A stretch of 64,000 nucleotides of DNA from Trypanosoma brucei (taxonomy: Eukaryota), in NCBI GenBank assembly GCA_000002445.1, contig CP000068.1:672001-736000 (forward strand). Reading direction: 5' to 3'. The first letter of the stretch is position 1, and every line of letters starts with the position of its first letter. The position numbers and the translations under genes were made by a program. This document shows positions 52,866 to 64,000 of this stretch, one piece after another. The notes under the pieces were generated by a model. That model saw nothing but the letters and a program-made list of their open reading frames with translations, was not told the DNA's origin and did not search any database.

Positions 52866-55076
52866 ATGTTGTGCGCGTTGGATGACACTTGGGCAGATTG
52901 TCTTGATGAGTTTAAATTGGCCCTTTCCTCCACGGGAAATACGTGGAAATGTGAATCATTAGCGGGTGTCGATAAGGAGGCGATGCTCAGCGCTCCAGAG
53001 GTGATGGATGCCAAGACGGACCCAGGATGCGGATATGCTCAAATCCGCTCGCTCAACGACCTCCTCGCGAAAGGGGACATTCCTTCGGCTGCAACACTGC
53101 AGGGACAGGAATTACTGGACGTCATGGACCTCATTCTTGCTAAGGAACTACAATATCTTCAGGGATTTTCCCTTACTTCGGGTTGTCTTGCCTTCCCGTA
53201 TTTTTTCAAGATGGATTTACTAAAGGAGCAGAATCCTGTGTTGCATGCGTATTGCCGAGGTGTTGTGAGGACCGTAGAGATTGTGCTGCGTGCGGTCATG
53301 ACGACTGGGATCCGCAGCGATGAGGAGTTTGTGCCATGGATAAGGGAGATGGAAAGCGAGGAAAACGTGCCCGATGAGCAGATTCTTTGTCAACTTGAGG
53401 AGGCTGCATGCAAGGCAGACTCACCTGCCGTTGCGACGCGGTTGCGTTGGCGCATGGACTTTCTTTCTGCGCTCCGGTTGTTTGTTGTTGTTGAGGGAAA
53501 AGCGGCTGTTGAGGAGGCATGCGGTATATGCAGCGCGGCGCAGGAGCTGTTGAATTCAGATGACTATGCGCGTACTTTTGAGCCCGTGCAGGATGGCCGT
53601 TTTTTCCGCGAGACTGAGGTTGCGTATTGGGCGAGTGGTTTCACTCCAACAAAACCAATGCCCGTTGCTCCCTTTTGTGAGGTGGTGCAGTCGTACACGA
53701 CAACGCTGCAGCAGTTGGCTTCACTCAAAGATTTGTTCAGTTTACCGTCTATTCAAGCCATCTTGGAATATATCGAGTCTATCGGGGCGCAGAAGCCGCT
53801 GCTTCCAGTGCGAGCAATTGCAGTAATCGCACTATTTCGCAGTAATCCAAGTGAGTCTTTTCTTTATGGTCCTTCCTTGAGCCATCGCGTTCTTGAAGAC
53901 TTGTCAACAAGTTACGGCGCCCCCCTTTATCTTGGAATAATGGAGGGAAAGGAGGAATTACTCGAGGGTGTGGTGAAGTATCGCCTTCACAAGGGAATGG
54001 ACCACCGCAAAGTAACACCTCAACAAACCGAGTTCCTCCGCCAGCACACCGTAGATGCTGTACGTAGTTGGGCAAGAGAAATGGAAAAGGTATATCTTAT
54101 TCATATGGAGTGTATGCTCTGCAACCGGGGTCTTGCCCACCGCCGGCTTATGAATGTGCTGCCCCAACTAGGGGGACTGCAGGAAATGTCGTACAGCACT
54201 GACATTAACATTTTTCTTTCTCAGACCCCGGGGTTGGCTGCGGACTTGCAGAACGAAGCTATCAAGCGAACATCAATACTTACAATGTACGCTAACCAAC
54301 ATGTTTTGCATGTGATGGAGCTTATTTTCTCCCTTACGGTTGAACTTGATCTCTTTACGCAGGGAGAGCTTGTACCCGCACTTTGGTATATGAATTTTAT
54401 ACAGCGGCTGCAGGTGGAGAACCTCTTAAATTTATCTCCGCCATATGGCGCTTTAATTCCTGAAACCCGTATAAACCGGGTAACGAAGGTACCACTGTAT
54501 AATCTGGCCCTAAGCACTCGTACCTCAGGGAATGTGGACACACTTCGTGTTGCCATTTTGGAGACGGGTCGGCAGATTACTGATGCTCTTTTCCGTGCCG
54601 CATGCGTGATGGAGGCCAAGGGGCTTATCGACTTCAAAACTCAGGGAAAGTACTCACTTACTACGGTGGAGAGAGTGTTTAACAACCGCATGAAATGCTT
54701 GGGCCACATCCGCAGCCCAACCTTTGTGCCATACGGCTACTGTGTGTCTGCCAAACCTAACTTTTCCTCAACTAATGACGGGGATCCACCGAAAATTTCA
54801 CATTACGCTCACGAAGCAGGCGTGCAGGCGCTTAATGCGGCAGAGCGATTGAAACATCTGCTAGCGATGAAGGGCCTCGATGGGGCGCGCGGGAGAGCTT
54901 TGTACGAACACATCAAGGCAATGGAAAAGACAGCGCGGGCGATAAATGCGTCTTTGGCATCATTTGTTGGTGTGTGTGACGATGAGGAGGCATTGAAGGG
55001 GTATGCCGTGGAGGTTTGTCGACCCTTCCATTCCTGTATGATATGCCTCACCTTAAGGAAGAGGACAACCGCTTGA
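52866..55076 (+). CDS. Conserved hypothetical protein, possibly Mak10/NAA35-like (NatC auxiliary subunit)
   Basis: 736 aa, close to the size of human NAA35. The N-terminal stretch EAMLSAPEVMDAKTDPGCGYAQI resembles the recalled NAA35 N-terminus (EAMSAIEMMDPKMDAGM). Otherwise unassigned. Confidence 0.5.
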   Translation: MLCALDDTWADCLDEFKLALSSTGNTWKCESLAGVDKEAMLSAPEVMDAKTDPGCGYAQIRSLNDLLAKGDIPSAATLQGQELLDVMDLILAKELQYLQGFSLTSGCLAFPYFFKMDLLKEQNPVLHAYCRGVVRTVEIVLRAVMTTGIRSDEEFVPWIREMESEENVPDEQILCQLEEAACKADSPAVATRLRWRMDFLSALRLFVVVEGKAAVEEACGICSAAQELLNSDDYARTFEPVQDGRFFRETEVAYWASGFTPTKPMPVAPFCEVVQSYTTTLQQLASLKDLFSLPSIQAILEYIESIGAQKPLLPVRAIAVIALFRSNPSESFLYGPSLSHRVLEDLSTSYGAPLYLGIMEGKEELLEGVVKYRLHKGMDHRKVTPQQTEFLRQHTVDAVRSWAREMEKVYLIHMECMLCNRGLAHRRLMNVLPQLGGLQEMSYSTDINIFLSQTPGLAADLQNEAIKRTSILTMYANQHVLHVMELIFSLTVELDLFTQGELVPALWYMNFIQRLQVENLLNLSPPYGALIPETRINRVTKVPLYNLALSTRTSGNVDTLRVAILETGRQITDALFRAACVMEAKGLIDFKTQGKYSLTTVERVFNNRMKCLGHIRSPTFVPYGYCVSAKPNFSSTNDGDPPKISHYAHEAGVQALNAAERLKHLLAMKGLDGARGRALYEHIKAMEKTARAINASLASFVGVCDDEEALKGYAVEVCRPFHSCMICLTLRKRTTA

Positions 55077-56342
55077 CCTATACACGCAAAGAAAAAAAAT
55101 CCAGTTGGAATGGTATGCGACTTCCCACCGTTTTCATGCTATTCTTTGTTTTCCCCTATTTTTTTAAAAAAGTTTTCTTTTAATTTTTTTTTCTCTTCGC
55201 GTGCGAAACCAACGTTATGCTTTTTGTGGTTCTTTTCACTCACTGTCGGCACCGCCAGCGGATGGCGTCCGCTTTCTGTGGTTGTTTCTACAGTGTTTCG
55301 ACTCCCAGTTCTGGGGTGTACTTTTTGAGTGAGGTACTGAAAGGTTATTTATTAATTTATTTTTTGCACGTGAGAAGAAAAAATAAGAAAAGGAAATGAA
55401 AGGAAAAAGGGAGAAGATGTTTGGCGGTGTGAGCGTTGGTGTGATATGAATTTGAAAAAGGAACAGGAATGTTGTGGAGGAGCATATGGGATAAGGCACG
55501 TGGGAACTGTGGAGTTGTTTTATTCTCTTTTATGATCCTTCCTATCTTGAGGAACACTGGCAGGGATGCATAAACATTGTTTTACCTGTTTCTTCTTCTT
55601 CTTCTTTTTTTCTTTTTGTGGAGGACGCCACACTGTTATCGCTGCTAAAGTATGTTGTCACCACCGAGCGGCATTTGCGTTTAATGTGTGTGACCGCGGG
55701 ATATTTAATAGGGGGTGGATGCTCGAAGACCGAGTTAGTTAGGAACTGGGGATTAATATACGTACACATTAAAAGAATGATACAAAACGGAAGGGAGAAG
55801 TGGAGGAAAGGGATATTTAAGAAGAAAAGAAGAAAGAAGAAATATTTTCTCTCTTTTTTCTTGTTTTACATAGCGGCAGGACGTAACTCATTTTCTTAGT
55901 TTTCAAGTTATCACTGTCCTTTCAATACTTTTATTGATTTTTTGTATATTTTAGTTTTATATCACTGGCTGCACGTACAACTCTACCTCAAAAGAACCCT
56001 TCTTCTGTTTTCCCCCTTTCTTCTGAACGGTAAATATTCTTGTTTATAATTATATTCACACGCATGTTAGCAGTTGACGTTGACGGTACCACAGTCTTAG
56101 AAAATCGGGTCACGCTTTTTCCCACTTTTGCACAAGAGCGCTGGTGGAGAGAAGGGTAAGCGGACATATTCGTACGGTAATCGCGTAGCAAACTCAAATC
56201 AAAACAAAAAAAAAATAAAAAAAAGAGGAAAAGACAACACCAAACCGAAAAAGGTTGTAAAGGATACGGCTTTGAAGTCAACAGAAAGGGGGTGTATAGG
56301 TGTGAAGGAGGTAGAAATATACGTTTTATTGATCAGTTAACG

Positions 56343-56564
56343 ATGAGTGGCATTCGAGTGGCGATCTTCTCCAAATATTTTGCGGCGGGTGTCACAGTGG
56401 GGGCGCTGTTATGCTCACGGCACTGCTCATGGATGTTAGCAACACATCATGCGGATATTCAACAACACTACGGCAATATTATGAGGTACGCTGAGCAGGT
56501 CACATCACTGGAGGAGATGTTGGGCATACATGAAAAGACAACGGGGGATGCCAGGAACGGATGA
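56343..56564 (+). CDS. Possible small (73-aa) single-pass membrane protein in a long intergenic region
   Basis: MSGIRVAIFSKYFAAGVTVGALLCSRHCSWMLATHHADIQQHYGNIMRYAEQVTSLEEMLGIHEKTTGDARNG. One hydrophobic segment. Isolated, so could be spurious. Confidence 0.25.
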   Translation: MSGIRVAIFSKYFAAGVTVGALLCSRHCSWMLATHHADIQQHYGNIMRYAEQVTSLEEMLGIHEKTTGDARNG

Positions 56565-57073
56565 TGCGCGCCGTCAGTTTCCTCGGCGAAAAAAACAAAC
56601 GAAATTACACGTGAGATGGTTTCATGAATGTTCTTTTTCTCTTTTGTTGTTTTTTTTTTTTCCCTCCTATTACTTGTTTCCTTTCAATGCATACATGAGT
56701 ATATAGGTGGTAACCTTTTTTTTTGGTGGGGGGGGGGGTAAGAGGGGACACTGTTTTCATTTGATAGAGGAACTAATGTTTCTTGGTTCGTGCCGGGTAT
56801 TTGCGTGACTGTCTTTAGTTTTTATTGTTCTTATTTATTTTTTAAAAAAAAGGTACTGGTCATTTTGCTAGTGACAACAGCCAAGGAGGTGTGTGCGAGA
56901 GTTACTTTTTTTTTTTAGAAAAAAAGGGAGGAGGGGATGTTTCGAAAAGAGAATAATATGGACTGAAGAGTTCCGTTTACAAGGACGATTACGTTTTTAC
57001 GGGCGTTGTGGGGTTTAATAGATATACCACGAGTCGAAATCAAGGCTAGCGAGATATGCATAGTACTCACCCA

Positions 57074-57093
57074 CCTCTCTCTCTCTCTCTAAA
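57074..57093. repeat. (CT)9 microsatellite
   Basis: cctctctctctctctctcta. Confidence 0.9.
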
Positions 57094-57845
57094 AAGAAAT
57101 AATAATAAAAAAGCAGAAGCCTTTGTTGTTTTTGACACGTAGAGTATTTTCCATTTTTTTTACTTAATATTCTGCTATTCCTGTGCTATTTTTGTTTTTT
57201 TTGTCATTCCGCACTCAGTGCGTTTAACCAGCTTCTCCATTGTTCAGTAACTTCACTGGTTTTAAAGTATATAGTTATATAGAAAAGTGAAACGGTTCGC
57301 GCGACTATGAAAGGATCGTATAATATTTTCTGTTTCTCTCCATTGTTTTTTGTTTTTTTCTGCAGTCTGTGATTTCTTAAGTGCGCCCCTCTCCATTTCC
57401 CTTTATTTTGTTTTTAATGTTTGCTCGTCTTTCCTTTTCTATTTTTTCTCTTGTCTTTTTGGTGTTTTTCCCTCCGGGATCAGTTCCCCGACTACTCACG
57501 GTGAATAGGTGGAGCGAGTCGAAGGAAAGAGAAGGGGGAATACAAACGAAAAGCAACTTCAAACCAAACGGAAGGACAACAACAACAGAAAACAAATCAA
57601 AAGTTCAACATCCAGCACGTCGCTGTCGTTACCTCCTCAGCGGTGCACGAGAGTGAAGGTGGAAAGGTGGCGGTGGCGGTGGGACAAAACAAAAAGGAAA
57701 GGAAAGAAAAGTGAAACAAAAAGTGAATAATAATCGATAGTTTACTCCCCTCCGGGGAGAAAAAGGAGGGAAACAAAACAAAAACAAAAAACAAAAGTGA
57801 AAAGGAAAGGAAAAGGGAGAAGGGAAAACAAGAGAAAAAAGGTAG

Positions 57846-60800
57846 ATGGCTGCTCGGTTGGAGGCAATTGCAGCAGAATACTTTCTGCCTGCAAAACCTG
57901 AGAACCGTACGAGGGAAGGAGACAGCGTTAGCAGCAAGGGTGGTAAGATAACACACACCTCTGCTGAAGCAGCGGCAGGAAATAGCGGTCAATACCCACC
58001 AACTTCTTCACAGGAATCCGAAACGGATAAGAAGCGCGGTGGTGTTAGCGAAGATGACTGTGGAAAGTCTTCAACACCTTTAGCATTGCTTGACAGCGCA
58101 CATATTCTTCCCCCTCTCATGCTCTATTTTGAATGCCTACCAACGGAATGGGAAACAACGCCTGCTGTATCCGCAAATCAACCAGCGGTTCCAGGTTTAG
58201 TGCGGACATCGGCGTCAGGTGGCGTGCCAACAGGGTGTGAAGTTGCGTGGCAACGCCCAAGGCAATTCGGATCGGATCCTAGTGATAAATCTTTTTGTGC
58301 AAAGTGGTATGGAAAGCGTAGGAGGCAGGGCACTCAGAAAGAAATGGGAGCCGCGGTCTCATGTGAAGATAGGTATAGGGGAAGGCAGCGAGTACAATCG
58401 GACAATGGCCTCTGGAGGTGGTGTGATGACATGGATGTGTTTGCAAACTTTGCACAGCCCCCGTTGAGTGTTGTTTGCGCTTCGTATGAGATGCTGGACG
58501 AAAGGCACCAACGTGGTCTTAACGCGGTCACCACACTAGTAGAAAAGTGCAACGACTCTTTTCATCGCGAGCAGTGGGTCACGGCGACCTCGTTGTCCAT
58601 GCAGCGCCCACCATTTGGGTTCGGAAGCACTGAGGCAGGCACTTCTACTAATGCTGGTTCCATGCCTGCTTGTGCCTCAACCCCGACACCGACTCTTACA
58701 GACTATCGTAGTTCCATTGTAAACTCTCTTAACAGTTTTTTGCGTAGCTTGAGCAAGCGCGGTGACCAAGTTCTCGTGTTGCATATAATTATACGAGTGG
58801 CCACGTGGCGGTTTTGTAGTAGGAACGAGAGGGTTACTCTTTTATTTAATCACATCCACGCATGTTTGCCGACTGTTCACCCATCAACGGCAACTCTAGC
58901 AATGGAAGCGTGGGCGCAACTTCACGCGATAGGGGCAAGCTCCACGGTATACTTGAAAATTGCGACCGAGATGTTGCGACTGGCATGCACTTTTATAAGT
59001 GATGTGAGTGTGCCTGCGGGCCAAGTTAGTGGGTTTATTATGATCCACCACATAGCGCAGTGGCCTTACTTGCTATATCGTACTTTACTGCGTGACGAAA
59101 GAGATCGGCTCTTGCTCGTGATATGGAAATCATTGATGAGCACTCACCAGCCACACGTGCGCGAGTTGGCGGCAGTGGCGCTGCGAAGCTTGTTTATTCT
59201 GGATATCGTACGGGGAAGTTATTCTTGTATGCGCGAGTTGTTGGACCGAGCTGCTTTACTTGTACTATCACCCGGTGACCACCAAAAGGCACCTTTATCT
59301 TCTCCACGTACTGCACCAGTCACCAAAGGTGCCGCCCATAAGTCACAGCGTGCAACACCGTTAGGCACTTCGTTAAAACAGTTGGAAGCACCCCTTTTAG
59401 TGGGCGAAACCGCTTGTACTCCGAGGGCTGTTGTTGGCACTGAATCTGTCGGTACTGGACAATGTTGTCGAGAGGGCACCTCATGTACAATTACACTCCC
59501 GAGTATCCCTTTTTTTGGGTGCACGATAGCCCGTCAATATTGTTTGAACTGGAATTCATCATCTGGTGACGGTGGTGCGACTTTAGTTGCCACGGAAAGC
59601 GGTAGTAGTGGAGGGGACTTGCTGAGGCCGGCTGCAGAAGAGGCTGTTGTTGTCGCGAAGGGTGAACTGGGGAATGTAGAGGGGCGTTGTTTTGTACCGC
59701 GGTTATCCCCTCCTGCTAATGACGAACCATTTTTGTGCGGGTATATTAAACAAGTTGATCCGGCCAATAAGCGCTTTAAGAACCGGTTGGCAACGATCGC
59801 CCCGTCTCACAACGCGGATACCAACTTGCATGCTAGCACCCTCGTGATTGGAGCGTTCGTGAGTGCCCTGCGTTCCTGTGCTGCCTTCCTTGAAATTCCT
59901 CCCTTAGTTGGTGCAGAAGATACACAACCTGGTGTGGCCACAGGTCTACGAGGTGCTAACGGAGGCGAAACCGTGTCTGTCAGTGAAGCACAGGGAGGTC
60001 CTCCGTGTTCGTCTGAGAGTAGCGAGGAAACCGATTCATGCAGGAGATCAACCAGTCTTGCCGGTAGCAGCCCTTTGTATGACACTGCTGGCGGTGCCAA
60101 AACCACTTTGTCGATTGCAGCCGTGATGGAGCACCTTGACGAAACTTCACTAGGGCGGTCACCACCAAAAGGGGGAAAATATCACGCGGCGCCAAATACT
60201 GGGGATCGGCGATCGCTCGGTTATCCTTCTCGGAGTCAGGAGGGGCAGGGCTCTGCACCAGCGGTCCCTGATGATACCAGAAAGGTCAAAGAATTGGTGT
60301 TGTGGAGGTTATTCCCAGTGCAACCACTTCTCCAATGCTTAGCGCGTGAACGACAGGATAAATCAAGCTCTTTATGGCATGTCGAGCGACTGGTTGCTGT
60401 TTTGGCACTTTATGGTCTTCATACTCTGAAGGAGGGTGAAATTCGTGGAGCTTTAGACATGCTTTTAAGAAGGGCTAAGGTGGCGCATAGGAAGGCTGCG
60501 GCTGGTAAACAGCAGCAGGAGGCGTGTGTTCTACACGTAGCCCTTCCTGCATCTGCCGCTTTTGGTAACTCCACAGTTGGTGGTGGAGTCGGCAGTATTG
60601 CTGGAGACACAGTTGGGACCAGTGAGAAAGACATGTACACACTGTCTCTCGTCAACTTGTCTCTTTTTCTTTCAGCTATTGCAGTGAAGTATCCGCAACT
60701 GTTTGAGGTTACGTTTGTAAGCCATATTTACCCGATGCTTTTCTACGCTCTTCAGCAGGCAACACCAGCTTACTGTCCCGCCGCCAGTGCAGTTCTCGCT

Positions 60801-63800
60801 TTACTGGTACACAACTTTCCCGTATCAAGTCGTGACCGGTTGCAACCCATCGTAGAGCGACTCACTGGTATCGCTACTTCAATGCCTTTCAGCACACATA
60901 CACTGGGGGCTACCGCAAAAATTTGTGGTGTTTACAGAGAAATGCGGCTTCATTGCTGCCTCGCTTTGTTGCAGCGTATTGCTGAAGTATTGAACGATAA
61001 TGGGCCGGTGATCGTGCGGGGCGCCAGGGACACGGCGGTAAGCGATATGGAGAGGGAGTCCGTCTGCACCGATTTCCCCCTGAAGAGCGCATCCGACACC
61101 AGGAGGAAGATTGTTTGCTTTCGTGTGCTTCACACTGTATGCATGGAGTGGGAGGGCACCGCTCTATTTTTCCTTGAGGTGTGTGCTCCATATTTACATC
61201 ATCAGAACACCGTCCTCAGGCGTGCGTGCGTGCAATCATGTGTACGTCTGCTACTGTCGGATTGTTTCCTTTCAAGAGCCGAGAGAGTGGGCGGTTCACC
61301 ACTGAGTGATGCGCTGGATGGTGAAGTGGAGCAGATGGCAGCGTGCGCCGTGAAGTGCCTGTGGGATGGAGACTTGAAAATCGGGTCTCTCTGCGCTCCG
61401 TGCAATCCGACACTATACAGGAGCGAGAGAAACGGGATTATCACCTCCGAGACCCGAGCGTACCCCTTCCTTGCACATGCGTTTGATAACGTTAATTTGT
61501 GCGACGTAGGGAACGTCCGTCGTGGTTTCGGTGACGATGGCGACACCAACAGCGAAGATGAAAACAACCTTAATCTTGACCGAGCGCTAGAGTGCTCACC
61601 GCTTGAGTCGTCAAACCATGACGCAACCTTCACGTGCGAGCGCCACACAGGGCGGTCCCATAACAATATTTTGCGCGAAGTGTTGCATCGCCTCGTTGTG
61701 GTTGCGTTGTGCGACCCCGATGAAACCATACGTCACTCGGCACTCAATAGTCTTACCAAGGAGACGGATCAGTTTCTTTACACCCACAAGGAGATAGTTG
61801 ACCTAATTTTCTCAGCCCTCAACGATGAGTACCCACCTAATCGATTGCAGGCAGTAAGGATACTACGACGACTTGGACACTACATTCCGATGGTTGTGTA
61901 CCCACGGCTGCGAAAAGTATTTTCGCTAGTGATCCAAGATTTCCACAGCACAATGACCAGCTCGGTGAAAAAATCAAAGGTTGTTCAAAAAGGGGATGAG
62001 TGGGCGGGAGCTCGCGGTAACTGTGAGCTTTCTTATGGTAGTAGTCAGAGCCATAGAGTCAACGCAGATACCCCTACGAACGCATTTACCTCTAACAGCA
62101 CCAGTAATGTCGTGAAGTATAGTGCCGATGAGATGATGCTTCTTTTCGAACTTGTGCAGTCGGTACCAAACTTCATTCCAATTTACATCGATACTATGCT
62201 ACAACTCTTGCAGCAAGTGCTTGTACCCCACGATATGCTGGAACGCGGAACTGTCATTACCGCTCTTCACATTGTTTCTTTCCTCATGGACGAAACCACT
62301 CGGGTGGAATGGCCAAAATTTGAGGTATTACTTAGGCCACTTTCGCAGCAGTTACTGCTGCGTGACAATGACACCAATAGGCTACACGTGGCTATTGGCA
62401 CTTTGCAGAAGCTCATACAATATGTTGTCATTGGAAATCCTTTCGATCAAAGGGATGATTTGAAACTTACTGTTGAGAGCCTTTACTCACTTCTCTACCG
62501 TAGGCCACCTATTGACACTGAGCTTTCCCTCTCGGTGGTTAAGCTCCTGGGGACAATTAGTGCCATTTGCACTGACCGTAAGTTTGACGACCCACAGAGT
62601 ACCCCTCTTCTTACCCTTGCTACACTCAGCGGAAGTCGTGGAAATTTTGGAACCTTCGCTAGCACGTACCAGCTATCCATTCGACCAACTCCGGGCTACG
62701 CGATGTTTCTCAGGGCGGCTCGACCAGAAGCTCCTTTTTATGGTAATGAGGCAAAAAGTGGGCGCAGTTCGCAACTCACCGATTATTTGTGGCCTGATGT
62801 TATGTTGCGTGTGTTGCTCCGAACCCTTTCCGATGCACTTGACGATATTATTGCCTTTACTGACGAGGAACTACAAGCCTGCCTGCAGGCAGCAGTGGCG
62901 GTCCTGCGCAGCTCCGACGCACCTTCAAAGTTGCAACTGTACCTTCCTCCACTATTGAGTGTTCTTGCAGGCTTGCTGGAACGCACAGATGAGGATGCTC
63001 CCCTCCGTGTATATGTCACAGAAAGTATCGTTGAACTAGTAAAGCCGGCCGGACGAACTATTGCTCCGATGTTTGAGCTTCTTGTTGTCTTCCTGAGTGA
63101 GCACCTAATGTCTTCAATTTACACACTTCCAAGTTGTTGCAAGCTTCTGATCGGCCTTTGCGAGGCATCTCCAGATTTGGTTCAAGAGCACTGTGAATGG
63201 TTTGTTTTGCTACTGTTGGGAAAGCTAATGCACCACGTTGAAATGGCGACATCAGCTACAGCCTCCGCGACTATGCAGAGACAGAGACGTAATCAAAAAC
63301 AAGGAGCCCCGCAGCAGATTCCTAATGACTTCGATCCATCACCACAAGACACTATAGCAAGGTCTTATGTACCGGGTTCAGTTATAGGTGTTGTCCTCCA
63401 AGCCGTTCTGGCATTGCTTCCCATTGCCGATGGGTCGACGGTTCATTACGCATGCCTCATGTTTTCACAAATATTGAGGCGTGCGGGCGGCATATCGGAG
63501 CCGCTCATGGTGGGTGAGGAGACTGTAGAGGGTCACACATCGAACGTTACCGTTCCTACGGGACTTAGTGTTGAAGTTATAAGGGGCATTGTGCAAGCCT
63601 TGGTGGACCTTCTTGAAAATTTTGACCTGACAGCAATTTCTATGTTCGTGGTCGAGACGGCACTGCTGCTACTTCGAATCTACGCAAAAGCCGCCCATGG
63701 AGTGACCAACCAGCCTTCTACCAGATGCTCAGAAGAAGAATCGACACGGAGAAACATCTTGTTGGTACCCGCTGGTAACACTCCTAAGATACAGGAGACA

Positions 63801-63944
63801 CCTAAAATAACTTTGGGGAGCTTGCCTTACGGGCACCAAGAACCACCTAAAACATGGTTTAGTCAATCTCCGTTGTCTCGCTTGGTAGTGGAGGAAATTG
63901 TGAACAAGAACACAAGCATCACTTACCGTTTTCCCTTCGATGAA
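57846..63944 (+). CDS. Large (2032-aa) alpha-helical / HEAT-ARM-like repeat protein. Not present in the supplied ORF track.
   Basis: Codon-by-codon hand translation is stop-free from the ATG at 57846 (preceded by an in-frame TAG) to the TGA at 63942. The N-terminal ~600 aa are Ser/Pro/Gly-rich. The C-terminal ~1400 aa are Leu-rich with helical-repeat character (...LALLVHNFPVSSRDRLQPIVERLTGIA..., ...LQAVRILRRLGHYIPMVVYPRLRKVFSLVIQDF..., ...LPPLLSVLAGLLERTDEDAPLRVYVTESIVELVK...). Confidence 0.65.
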
Positions 63945-64000
63945 GTGACCACCTCGTGGGAGGCACAAGTGGAAATGGATCTCCTCGCATGCGTGTTCCT

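Overview
This window reads as a eukaryotic, kinetoplastid (Trypanosoma brucei-clade-like) chromosome-core segment rather than prokaryotic DNA. Long intron-less ORFs sit in unidirectional blocks (minus strand from 1 to about 8.1 kb, plus strand from about 18.5 kb to the end) with polypyrimidine-rich intergenic spacers. An ingi/L1Tc-type non-LTR retrotransposon carrying a 2A-like DVEENPGP peptide lies at the divergent strand-switch region.

Recognisable genes:
- lariat debranching enzyme (DBR1), running off the window start;
- UPF1;
- an RNI-like LRR protein;
- an AGPAT/LPLAT acyltransferase;
- a Brr2-type tandem-cassette helicase;
- a formin;
- a PCIF1/CAPAM-like NPPF N6-adenosine methyltransferase candidate;
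- a Mak10/NAA35-like protein;
- a 2032-aa helical-repeat protein (57846..63944) that is absent from the supplied ORF track.

The most unusual structure is a near-perfect tandem array at 18.55-33.6 kb. Three copies of a 4182-bp unit each carry three uncharacterised genes: a 117-aa protein with a fatty-acid-binding-protein-like motif, a 476-aa tail-anchored membrane protein, and a 446-aa protein built of four divergent copies of the same FABP-like domain. The array is flanked by diverged edge copies of the small gene, whose variable patch looks mosaic, consistent with gene conversion.

All functional assignments rest on motif reading by eye. No database search could be run.
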